A DNA stretch of 64,000 bases. It comes from Clostridia bacterium (lineage in GTDB: Bacteria > Bacillota > Clostridia > TANB77 > CAG-508). The notes beneath the pieces are model-generated. The model was not told where the DNA came from and searched no databases. It worked only from the letters and a program-made list of their open reading frames with translations. The position numbers and the translations under genes were made by a program. Every line of letters starts with the position of its first letter. The first letter of the stretch is position 1. This document shows, piece after piece, positions 34,251-42,915 of this stretch. The stretch spans positions 2,335-66,334 of the forward strand of contig JAFRCC010000001.1 of NCBI GenBank assembly GCA_017404545.1, given 5' to 3'.

Positions 34251-35315
34251 ATGACGAATATAGTATTAAATGAAACACCAGTAAGAACATCAAGAAATTT
34301 TAATATTAATAATGTAAAGTTGGAAGATATAGAAATTCCTAAAAATATACAAGCGTTTAAAAATGTTAAGGTTTCAGAGTTAAGTTCAAAAATTGCATTA
34401 AATACAGATTTTAATAACTTTGAATTAAAATATGGGCTAAACGATTTTCTTACAGAGCAAGTAAACAATAATGCTAACTTTAAAGCAAATATTGTAATAG
34501 ATAGTAAAACGAATAAAGATGTTAAGATTGATTTTAAGTTTGATGAAGCTAATAAAGATTTAATAGATGCAATAAATATTGTTGCAAATGAAGATACGAA
34601 ATCCACAATAATAGTAAAATATGAATCAGACTGTAACGTGCAGGCGTATCACAACGGAATAATTAAAGCAGTAGCAAAGAGCAATTCAGTGCTTAATATA
34701 ATTGTAGTTAATTTTATGAATGAAGTTTCAAATAACTTTTTAAGCATTGAGAATTGTTTTGAAAACGATTCTAAAATTAATTATTATATAATTGATTTTG
34801 GAGGACAGAATAGCATAACGAATTATTATTCGAACATTAAAGGCAATAATGCTAATAGTAGATTAAATACTTTGTATATAGGATCTGATGAACAACTAAT
34901 AGATTTAAACTATATAGGTGAACTATATGGTGAAAAGTCTAATGTAAATATAGAAGTTCAAGGAGCTTTAAAAGATAAAGCAAGAAAGAATTTTAAAGGA
35001 ACAATAGATTTTAAAAAAGGTTGTAAGAAAGCAGTTGGAAATGAGAATGAGAATTGTATCTTGCTTTCAGATACAGCTAAATCACTTGCTCTTCCAATGT
35101 TACTATGCTCTGAAGAGGATGTGGAAGGAAACCATAGTACATCATCAGGAAAGGTAGCTGAGAAAGAATTATTCTATATTATGAGTAGAGGATTTGAATT
35201 GAAAGATGCGCTAAAACTATTAGTTAGAGCAAAGTTTAACAAGATTCTTGAAGAAATAAAAGACGAAGAATTAAGAAATGAAATACTAGAGCAAATTGAT
35301 AAAAGAATTGGCTAA
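34251..35315 (+). CDS. sufD: Fe-S cluster assembly protein SufD
   Basis: 354-aa ORF. Its C-terminal block LLSDTAKSLALPMLLCSEEDVEGNHSTSSGKV..LFYIMSRG matches the SufB/D fold, and it sits between sufB and sufS. Confidence 0.9.
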   Translation: MTNIVLNETPVRTSRNFNINNVKLEDIEIPKNIQAFKNVKVSELSSKIALNTDFNNFELKYGLNDFLTEQVNNNANFKANIVIDSKTNKDVKIDFKFDEANKDLIDAINIVANEDTKSTIIVKYESDCNVQAYHNGIIKAVAKSNSVLNIIVVNFMNEVSNNFLSIENCFENDSKINYYIIDFGGQNSITNYYSNIKGNNANSRLNTLYIGSDEQLIDLNYIGELYGEKSNVNIEVQGALKDKARKNFKGTIDFKKGCKKAVGNENENCILLSDTAKSLALPMLLCSEEDVEGNHSTSSGKVAEKELFYIMSRGFELKDALKLLVRAKFNKILEEIKDEELRNEILEQIDKRIG

Positions 35316-35332
35316 ATATAGGAGGATTAACT

Positions 35333-36550
35333 ATGAGTCCAGAAGAAATAAAAAAAGATTTTCCATTATTACAAAATAGAAAAGAAGTTTATTTAGATAG
35401 TGGAGCTACAACTCAAAAACCTATCCAGGTTATAGAGGCTGTAGATGAGTACTATAGAAAATATAATGCAAATCCACATAGAGGTGCATATTCTTTAAGC
35501 ATTGAAGCTACACAAGCTTACGAAGATACTAGAATCAAAATTGCAAAGTTTATAAATGCAAGATATAGTGAAGAGATTATATTCTCTAAAAATGCTACTG
35601 AAAGTTTGAATTTAGTCGCTTATTCGTACGGAATGGATAACTTAGAAGCTGGTGATGAAGTAGTTATATCTATAATGGAGCATCATGCTAACTTAGTTCC
35701 ATGGCAACATGTATCTAAAACAAAAGGTGCGACTTTAAAATATATGTATATGAATGATGAGTATGAGCTTACTGACGAAGAAATTGAATCTAAGATTACA
35801 GATAAAACTAAGGTTGTTGGTATTACTCATATATCAAATGTTTTAGGAACAATAAATAATGTTAAAAAAATAATTAATTATGCACATAAAAAAGGTGCTA
35901 TTGTTATATTAGATGCTTCACAGAGCATTCCACATACTAAAATAGATGTACAAGATTTGGATGCTGATTTTCTAGCTTTTTCTGGACATAAATTATTAGC
36001 ACCATTTGGAATTGGTGTGTTATATGGTAAAAGAGAAATTCTAAATAAGATGAATCCATTTTTAATGGGTGGAGATATGATAGAATATGTGTATGAACAA
36101 AATACAACTTTTGCACCACTACCAAATAAGTTTGAAGCGGGTACTCAAAATGTTGGTGGGGTAATTGGACTTGGAGCTGCAATAGATTATATTGAGAAAA
36201 TAGGATACGATACAATTCAAAAGATTGAAAATGAAGTTACTTCATATGCTATAGAAAAGATGTCAAAACTAGATTTTTTAGATATATATATAACACCAAA
36301 TAAAAAGAATCATTCTGCAGTAATTTCATTTAACATAAAAGGTGTACATCCGCATGATGTGGCTAGTATATTAGATGCTAATGGCGTTTGTGTTAGATCT
36401 GGAAATCACTGCGCGCAACCGCTACTTAGGTTTATGGGAATTGATTCAACATGTAGAGCAAGCTTCTATTTTTACAATACAAAAGAAGATGCAGATAAGC
36501 TTGTTGAGGCTCTTAAGAAAGCCTATGAAATGTTTAAAAAATATATGTAA
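35333..36550 (+). CDS. sufS: cysteine desulfurase SufS
   Basis: 405-aa ORF with the PLP lysine motif FSGHKLLAP and the active-site loop RSGNHCAQP. Confidence 0.95.
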   Translation: MSPEEIKKDFPLLQNRKEVYLDSGATTQKPIQVIEAVDEYYRKYNANPHRGAYSLSIEATQAYEDTRIKIAKFINARYSEEIIFSKNATESLNLVAYSYGMDNLEAGDEVVISIMEHHANLVPWQHVSKTKGATLKYMYMNDEYELTDEEIESKITDKTKVVGITHISNVLGTINNVKKIINYAHKKGAIVILDASQSIPHTKIDVQDLDADFLAFSGHKLLAPFGIGVLYGKREILNKMNPFLMGGDMIEYVYEQNTTFAPLPNKFEAGTQNVGGVIGLGAAIDYIEKIGYDTIQKIENEVTSYAIEKMSKLDFLDIYITPNKKNHSAVISFNIKGVHPHDVASILDANGVCVRSGNHCAQPLLRFMGIDSTCRASFYFYNTKEDADKLVEALKKAYEMFKKYM

Positions 36551-36576
36551 TTAATAAATTGATACAAGGAGTTAAA

Positions 36577-37032
36577 ATGGACGAGTTAAACGATTTATAT
36601 ACTGATTTAATTATGGAGCATAGTATGAATTCTTGTAATAAAAGAGAGCTTGAATGCTGTGATTATTGCAAAATGGGACATAATCCAAATTGTGGTGATG
36701 AAATTAAATTAGAGCTAAAAATGGATGGAGATATAATAGATGATTTAGCATTTTCTGGACATGGATGTGCAATTTCTCAAGCCTCAACATCTATAATGAT
36801 TGATACATTGAGAGGAAAAAATATACATGAAGCAAGGAAAATAATTGAAACATTTATTGGAATGATAAAAAGAGAAATTACAGACGAAGCGGAACTTAAA
36901 AAATTAGAAGATGCAATTGCGTTTAGAAATGTATCACATATGCCAGCTAGAGTTAAATGCGCACTTCTTGCATGGCATACAATAGAAGATATGCTTAATG
37001 AAAGAATGGAAGGAAATTCAGATGGAAAATAA
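36577..37032 (+). CDS. sufU: SUF system Fe-S scaffold SufU (IscU/NifU-like)
   Basis: ORF 36559-37032. AAGGAG precedes ATG 36577. Motifs: NPNCGDEI, GHGCAISQAS, RVKCALLAW. Confidence 0.9.
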   Translation: MDELNDLYTDLIMEHSMNSCNKRELECCDYCKMGHNPNCGDEIKLELKMDGDIIDDLAFSGHGCAISQASTSIMIDTLRGKNIHEARKIIETFIGMIKREITDEAELKKLEDAIAFRNVSHMPARVKCALLAWHTIEDMLNERMEGNSDGK

Positions 37033-38074
37033 AAGAGTATTATTAGGTATGAGTGGGGGTGTAGATAGCTCTGTATCGGCCTTATTATTAAAGCAAGCCG
37101 GATACGAGGTAATAGGTGCAACGATGGAACTTTTTGTAGGAAGTAGTTGTTGCAATGTTAATACATATTTAGACGCAAAAAATGTATGCAATTCTATAGG
37201 AATACCACATTTTACATATGATTACAAAAATCAATTTAAAGAATATGTAATAGATGATTTTATAAATTGTTATAAAAATTGCAAAACACCAAATCCTTGT
37301 ATAGAATGCAATAAATATATGAAATTTGGTTTAATGTACGAAAAGGCAAAGGAGCTCGGTTGTAATTACATTGCGACGGGACACTATGCTAAAACAGAAT
37401 ATAGCGAAAAGTATGGTAGATGGGTTCTAAAAAAATCAAATGCTGGAAGAAAAGACCAAAGCTATGTATTATGGAATATGCCAAAAGAGCTTGTAGAACA
37501 TGTACTATTTCCACTTGCTGAATTTGAAGAAAAAGAGCAGATAAGGGCAATTGCAAGAGCTAATAATCTAAAAGTAGCAAACAAACCTGATAGTGAGGAT
37601 ATTTGTTTTGTTCCAGATGGTAACTATAAAAAATTCTTAGAAAAAAATTCTGATATTAAGCCAAAGCAAGGAAATATTGTTAATTTAAAAGGCGATGTTT
37701 TGGGTAAGCACACAGGATTATATAACTACACAATTGGTCAAAGAAAAGGTCTTGGAATTTCATACAAGGTACCCCTTTTTGTTGTTGGTTTCAACCATGA
37801 AAAAAATGAAGTAATAGTAGGTGAGGAAAGTGAATTATATACATTAGAAGCATACGTAGACGACGTAAATTTACTATTATTTGATGAAATAAAAGAAGAA
37901 ATTGAGGTCAATGTAAAAACAAGATATTCAGCAAAAGTTGCAAATGCAACAATCGTTCAAGAAAATGATAAAATAAAAATTAAATTCAAAGAGCCACAAA
38001 GGGCTGTTACACCTGGACAATCAGCAGTATTTTATTTGGATGACATAGTAGTAGGCGGAGGAAAGTTGATATAA
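37022..38074 (+). CDS. mnmA: tRNA-specific 2-thiouridylase MnmA
   Basis: ORF 36998-38074. The likely start ATG 37022 overlaps the sufU end by 11 nt. Motifs: PP-loop GMSGGVDSS, NPCIECN, ATGHYA. Confidence 0.95.
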   Translation: MENKRVLLGMSGGVDSSVSALLLKQAGYEVIGATMELFVGSSCCNVNTYLDAKNVCNSIGIPHFTYDYKNQFKEYVIDDFINCYKNCKTPNPCIECNKYMKFGLMYEKAKELGCNYIATGHYAKTEYSEKYGRWVLKKSNAGRKDQSYVLWNMPKELVEHVLFPLAEFEEKEQIRAIARANNLKVANKPDSEDICFVPDGNYKKFLEKNSDIKPKQGNIVNLKGDVLGKHTGLYNYTIGQRKGLGISYKVPLFVVGFNHEKNEVIVGEESELYTLEAYVDDVNLLLFDEIKEEIEVNVKTRYSAKVANATIVQENDKIKIKFKEPQRAVTPGQSAVFYLDDIVVGGGKLI

Positions 38075-38096
38075 GCTATATAGCTTAAAAAAGAGC

Positions 38097-38307
38097 AAAA
38101 AAATGAACTCTAACAAACTTTTCTGACAAAGAATGTTAGAGTTCTAAATAACCTCTTCCATTAAAATCCTCCTTTTCTTATAGATTACTATTACTCAATT
38201 ACAACTAAATAAACTAAAATGGATTTTTCTGAAATCCCAAAAAATTGTAATGGAATAGTTACAGAAGAGACAGCCCTGAGAGTATACATCTATACTCGAT
38301 CTAGCTT
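38097..38307 (-). ncRNA. candidate small RNA (about 200 nt) with a 5-codon micro-ORF, unassigned family
   Basis: It is bounded by a consensus minus-strand promoter (38314-38342) and a terminator (38105-38144). It has internal hairpins. The only SD-preceded ORF is MEEVI (38144-38161). Confidence 0.4.
38105..38144 (-). terminator. intrinsic terminator (minus strand)
   Basis: 11-bp stem GAACTCTAACA / TGTTAGAGTTC followed on the minus strand by T7. Confidence 0.7.
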
Positions 38308-38313
38308 AAATAT

Positions 38314-38342
38314 ATTATACTACTTAGTTAACATAATGTCAA
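38314..38342 (-). promoter_or_regulatory. consensus sigma-A promoter on the minus strand
   Basis: The reverse complement reads TTGACA (38342-38337), 17-nt spacer, TATAAT (38319-38314). Confidence 0.55.
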
Positions 38343-38435
38343 ATGAAAACCATATTTTTTTGATAAATTTATATTATTGAAAAAGTGCATAGAATAATAT
38401 ATAATTGCACAAATATTTTTAGGAGGTATGAGAGT

Positions 38436-39821
38436 ATGAAGATTAATTTTTATAATACTTTAACAAAGAAAAAAGAAGAGTTTAAACCAATTAATGAGGA
38501 TAAAGTCTGTATGTACTCTTGTGGTCCTACAGTATATTACTATCCACATATAGGAAACTTAAGGGCATATTTATTTATGGATTCACTACGCAGAACATTA
38601 AAATATAATGGGTATGAACTTAAACATGTAATGAACATAACTGATGTTGGCCATCTTGTTTCAGATGCGGACGATGGTGAAGACAAAATGATGAAAGCAG
38701 CAAAACGCGAAAATAAAAATCCATTTGAAATTGCAGATTTTTATACGAACGTATTTTTACAAGATTTAAAAAAATTGAATATTGATATGCCAGAAATAAT
38801 TGCTAGAGCAACTCAACATATTAAGTGTATGGAAGAATATGTAAAGAAAATTATTGCAAATGGTTACACATATGAAACTGAAGATACAATATATTTTGAT
38901 ACATCTAAATTAGATAAGTATGGAGTTTTATCAAACAAAGACGTAAAAGAAGAAGATTTAGAAGCTAGAATTGAAGTAGATCCAAATAAAAAGCATCCGA
39001 ATGATTTTGCAGTATGGTTTAGAGCTCCAGAAAATCATTTAATGAAGTGGGATACTTTCTGGGGAAAATGTTATCCAGGTTGGCATTTGGAGTGTTCTGC
39101 AATGGGCCATGAGTATTTAGGCGAAGAGTTCGACATACATACTGGCGGTATAGATCATATTCCAGTACATCACGAAAACGAGATTGCTCAAGCCAAAGGG
39201 TATTGTGGTAAAATTCCAGCTCACTACTGGATGCATGTTGAGTTTTTACAAGTTGATGGAAGAAAAATGTCTAAGAGCTTAAATAACTTATATACAATTG
39301 ATCAGTTAAATGATATGGGTTATGAGCCAGCAGTATTTAGAATGTTTAATATAGGAGCGCATTATAAAAAGCAAATAAACTTTACCATAGATGCAATGGA
39401 TGCAGCCAAAACTGCACTTGCTAGATTAAGAGAGGGATATTTAAAACATAAAGAAGGTACTGCAGAAATCAATAACAATGTAATTGATGAGTACGAAAAT
39501 AAATTTCACGAGGCAATTAATGATGATTTGAACATGCCGGTGGCAATGAGTGTTGTATGGGAAGTTATAAAGAACCCAAGTAAATCAAAGCAATTTGCAA
39601 AGTTAATTGATAAGTTTGATACTGTAATGGGATTTAATTTAAAAGAATATGTTCCAGAAACCCAGGAATTACCAGAAGAGATAATAAGTTTAGTAAATCA
39701 AAGGAATGAAGCAAGAAAAAATAAAGATTGGGCTGAATCAGACAGATTAAGAGACGAATTAATTTCAAGAGGATATTCTGTTAAAGATAGCAAAGAAGGA
39801 ACTATCATAGAAAAAAAATAG
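38436..39821 (+). CDS. cysS: cysteine--tRNA ligase
   Basis: ORF 38385-39821. AGGAGG precedes ATG 38436. Motifs: class I HIGN (YPHIGNLRAY), KMSKS, and the zinc site CYPGWHLECS. Confidence 0.96.
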   Translation: MKINFYNTLTKKKEEFKPINEDKVCMYSCGPTVYYYPHIGNLRAYLFMDSLRRTLKYNGYELKHVMNITDVGHLVSDADDGEDKMMKAAKRENKNPFEIADFYTNVFLQDLKKLNIDMPEIIARATQHIKCMEEYVKKIIANGYTYETEDTIYFDTSKLDKYGVLSNKDVKEEDLEARIEVDPNKKHPNDFAVWFRAPENHLMKWDTFWGKCYPGWHLECSAMGHEYLGEEFDIHTGGIDHIPVHHENEIAQAKGYCGKIPAHYWMHVEFLQVDGRKMSKSLNNLYTIDQLNDMGYEPAVFRMFNIGAHYKKQINFTIDAMDAAKTALARLREGYLKHKEGTAEINNNVIDEYENKFHEAINDDLNMPVAMSVVWEVIKNPSKSKQFAKLIDKFDTVMGFNLKEYVPETQELPEEIISLVNQRNEARKNKDWAESDRLRDELISRGYSVKDSKEGTIIEKK

Positions 39822-39925
39822 GGACGGGGTAATTTGGTCAATTTCAGAATAAATAAAACAAATGAGGTTAAAATAAAATTATAGTATTTTATTACTATAA
39901 TTCTTGATGAAAGGACCATATAAAA

Positions 39926-40090
39926 ATGGAAAATCAAAAAATAAATTGTACCGTGGAATCATGTAAATATAACAATTGCAATAATCAGGAGTGTATTTTG
40001 AAGCAAATAACGGTAACACCAATTCAAAATTGTAAAACACAAAAACCAGATGAATCAATGTGCAGTAGTTATATTCATCATAATTTATAG
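39926..40090 (+). CDS. small Cys-rich DUF1540-like protein (54 aa), below the ORF-track cutoff
   Basis: ATG 39926 to TAG 40088-40090 gives MENQKINCTVESCKYNNCNNQECILKQITV...CKTQKPDESMCSSY. The two C-x-x-x-C-type half repeats are typical of DUF1540. A terminator-like hairpin follows near 40160-40197. Confidence 0.55.
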   Translation: MENQKINCTVESCKYNNCNNQECILKQITVTPIQNCKTQKPDESMCSSYIHHNL

Positions 40091-40291
40091 AATTATTAAA
40101 AAGAGCAATTTTTGTACTGAATCCAAATTGTTGGATAGTATAAATTAGGCTACTAATAGGGAGTGTTTCCTGTATTGAACAGGAGACATTCCTTTTAGTT
40201 ATTACTTAATTCCAGTGAATGTATTTCTTTGATGGGATTAAACAAAAAGTGTAAAATTGAAACCTTTTATAATATAAACATCTGAATAATC

Positions 40292-40320
40292 TTGACTTTA
40301 GCAAGATTTAGAAATAAAAT
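40292..40320 (+). promoter_or_regulatory. sigma-A type promoter upstream of aldolase
   Basis: TTGACT (40292-40297), 17-nt spacer, TAAAAT (40315-40320). Confidence 0.5.
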
Positions 40321-40392
40321 GAAAGCCAAATGGTGGTATGGTTATACCACAAAAGAAAATACTAAAATACTAGAAGAAAAGAGGAATGAAGT

Positions 40393-41280
40393 ATGAAAGA
40401 GAAAATGTTAGAAATTATGAAAAGCCAAAAAGGATTTATTGCAGCACTTGATCAAAGTGGAGGAAGTAGTAGTAAAACTCTAAAGGCATATGGAATAGAA
40501 GAAAGTCAGTATTCTTCAGACGAAGAGATGTTTGATTTAATACATGAAATGAGAAAGAGAGTTTTTACAAGCAAATCATTTACAAAAGATCATATAATAG
40601 GTGCAATTCTTTTTGAGAAAACTATGATGTCTAAAATAGATGATGAATATACAGCTGATTACCTATGGAATAAAAAAGGTATAATTTCATTTTTGAAAGT
40701 TGATAAAGGTTTGCAAGATGAAAATAATGGTGTAAAGTTAATGAAAGATATACCAAATTTAGCAGAGCAACTTAAAGAAGCAAATAGTAAAAATGTTTTT
40801 GGAACAAAGATGCGTTCGGTAATATATGAAGCAAATGAACAAGGAATAAAAGATATTGTAAAACAGCAATTTGATTTTGCAAAAACAATTTGTGACAACG
40901 GATTAGTTCCAATAATAGAGCCAGAAGTTGATATAAATTCACCAGAAAAAGATAAATGCGAGAAAATGTTAAAAGAAGAAATAAAGAATAGACTTGCAAA
41001 TTGGAACAAAGAAGATAAAATAATGTTTAAATTTACAATACCAACAACAGAAAATTTATATTTAGATTTATATGATTACGAATGTGTTGTAAGAATTGTA
41101 GCTTTATCAGGTGGATATGATGTTGATACTGCGGTAGAAAAACTATCAAAAAATAATAGAATGATAGCTAGTTTCTCAAGAGCGTTATTACAAGACTTAA
41201 GAGTTAGTCAAAGTCAGGATGAATTTGACAAAATTTTAAGTGATGTTATTATTAAAATATATAATGCATCTATAAGCTAA
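40393..41280 (+). CDS. class I fructose-bisphosphate aldolase
   Basis: 295-aa ORF. GFIAALDQSGGS near the N-terminus and FLKVDKGL (Schiff-base lysine region) are typical of class I FBA of Firmicutes. Confidence 0.9.
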   Translation: MKEKMLEIMKSQKGFIAALDQSGGSSSKTLKAYGIEESQYSSDEEMFDLIHEMRKRVFTSKSFTKDHIIGAILFEKTMMSKIDDEYTADYLWNKKGIISFLKVDKGLQDENNGVKLMKDIPNLAEQLKEANSKNVFGTKMRSVIYEANEQGIKDIVKQQFDFAKTICDNGLVPIIEPEVDINSPEKDKCEKMLKEEIKNRLANWNKEDKIMFKFTIPTTENLYLDLYDYECVVRIVALSGGYDVDTAVEKLSKNNRMIASFSRALLQDLRVSQSQDEFDKILSDVIIKIYNASIS

Positions 41281-41301
41281 ACAGAAAGGAAGTGATATGT
41301 A

Positions 41302-41757
41302 ATGAATAAATTGGTTGCAAAGAATCCAAACGCAAGACACAATTACACAATTGAAGATACTATTGAGGCTGGAATTGTTTTAACTGGTACAGAGATTAAA
41401 TCTATAAGAGCAGGGAAGGTAAATTTAAAAGATAGCTACGCAGGTATAAAAAATGGTGAAGTATATATTTATTCAATGCATATTAGTCCTTATGAACAGG
41501 GAAATATTTTTAATAAAGATCCATTAAGAGATAGAAAATTACTTTTAAATAGGCTTGAAATTACAAGGTTATCAGTAAAAATAAAGCAGAAGGGATATTC
41601 ACTTATACCAATGAGTCTATATTTTAAAGGCGATATTGTAAAGGTTGAATTAGGTATTGGAAAAGGTAAGAAGCTATATGATAAAAGGGAAGATATTGCA
41701 AAAAAAGATGCAGAGCGTAGAATGAAACAAGCTCAAAGTGAGAAGAATAATTATTAA
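41302..41757 (+). CDS. smpB: SsrA-binding protein SmpB
   Basis: 151-aa ORF with NRKARHNY-like [20 protein letters not shown] and LLLNRLEI. Confidence 0.96.
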   Translation: MNKLVAKNPNARHNYTIEDTIEAGIVLTGTEIKSIRAGKVNLKDSYAGIKNGEVYIYSMHISPYEQGNIFNKDPLRDRKLLLNRLEITRLSVKIKQKGYSLIPMSLYFKGDIVKVELGIGKGKKLYDKREDIAKKDAERRMKQAQSEKNNY

Positions 41758-41766
41758 AAACATAAA

Positions 41767-41806
41767 AAGACGGTCCAATATGGAAAATCCATTGAGGAGC
41801 CGTCTT
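41767..41806. terminator. stem-loop between convergent genes (bidirectional terminator)
   Basis: AAGACGGTCC ... GGAGCCGTCTT (one bulge), flanked by A-run and T-run. Confidence 0.7.
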
Positions 41807-41831
41807 TCATATAATAAGGCTTGAAGTATTA

Positions 41832-42281
41832 CTATTTTCTAGATTGAACCATAAAATACCAAAATATGGCTACTATTGCAGCAACCAGAACACCAATAAC
41901 AATCCAGGCCCAAGTAGTTGAATCCATCAAGTTATTAGATGCATTTTCTGTTTCTGCAGCTGTTCTTTCGGCAGTATATTCAACGCCATTTTTCATATCT
42001 TCAGCGGCATTTTGAATATTATTTTTTGCATCTTCTGCACCTTTTTTTATATTATCGCCAGCTTTACCTGCTGCGTCGCCTACAGCATTTGTAGCTTCTT
42101 TACTTTTTTCGGTGGCATTTTTTGCACCATCTTCAACTTTGTTTTCTGCATCACCTACCATATTTTTTATGCTATTACCAATTGCATCTAAGTTATTGTT
42201 ATTAGTTGTTGCATATGAATTAACGGATGTTGCAAGCAGAATTGTAAGTATAAAAGAAATAGAAAAAATTAATTTTTTCAT
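41832..42281 (-). CDS. secreted/anchored protein with LEA-like Ala/Lys/Asn repeats
   Basis: 149-aa ORF with an AAGGAGGG RBS. It has a signal peptide, repeated motifs of the type AxDAxNxV, and a C-terminal TM helix. Confidence 0.7.
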   Translation of the reverse strand: MKKLIFSISFILTILLATSVNSYATTNNNNLDAIGNSIKNMVGDAENKVEDGAKNATEKSKEATNAVGDAAGKAGDNIKKGAEDAKNNIQNAAEDMKNGVEYTAERTAAETENASNNLMDSTTWAWIVIGVLVAAIVAIFWYFMVQSRK

Positions 42282-42423
42282 TAGATAAAACCCTCCTTTG
42301 TATAATCAAGCTAATTTTGCTCAAGTTTATTATTTACCAAAAATATAATTTTATACAAAAATTTAATCGTTGATGTACAATGAGGAGTATAGGACTATAT
42401 GGATGGTGTGTTTGAAGTAAAAT

Positions 42424-42478
42424 AAAAAGAAACGATTAAGATTGTGAATTTATTTCAATTTCTTAATCGTTTCTTTTT
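42424..42478. terminator. 17-bp perfect stem-loop, bidirectional terminator
   Basis: AAAAAGAAACGATTAAG / CTTAATCGTTTCTTTTT. Confidence 0.8.
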
Positions 42479-42525
42479 GTATTAAATATTGTCTTTTGCA
42501 ATTATCATAATGTATGCTATTGTTC

Positions 42526-42804
42526 CTATCTTTTCAAACGTGTATAAATTGCAATAGCAAGTAAAATAAGTACTATACCAACTGCAATAAGTAATATATT
42601 TATAATATTAGGCACGTATAGAATCTCATTTTCTTCTGATGAGGTATCTTTTATGGTTGTTGAAATTTGACCAGATGGTTGGGATTGTGTAGTTCCTGTT
42701 GTTTCTGCAGGCACAGTATTATCAGCACGAACAATATTACAAAATCCAAAACATGCAAATGTTAGTATAAACAATGTTACAAAAATTTTCGAAAAATATT
42801 TCAT
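42526..42804 (-). CDS. small signal-peptide protein with a C-terminal TM anchor
   Basis: 92-aa ORF with a GGAGG RBS. It has hydrophobic N- and C-termini and a Thr/Ser-rich middle. Confidence 0.65.
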   Translation of the reverse strand: MKYFSKIFVTLFILTFACFGFCNIVRADNTVPAETTGTTQSQPSGQISTTIKDTSSEENEILYVPNIINILLIAVGIVLILLAIAIYTRLKR

Positions 42805-42915
42805 CTTTTACCTCCAAAATTAAATACAATATGTTATTATAATAACATAAAATAATGAAAAAAGTCTATATAAAATAAAAATAATATGATAGAATCAGGG
42901 AAAAAGGAGGCCATT

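Noticed and set aside
38160-38435. An expected Cys-specific T-box leader upstream of cysS.
   Set aside because: No T-box sequence (the conserved ..TGGGTGGTACCGCG.. type motif) or specifier-loop architecture is visible on the + strand. The structured RNA in this gap is on the opposite strand.
41758-41831. A tmRNA (ssrA) gene, which often follows smpB.
   Set aside because: Only a terminator hairpin lies downstream of smpB. There is no tRNA-like acceptor or T-arm and no tag reading frame.
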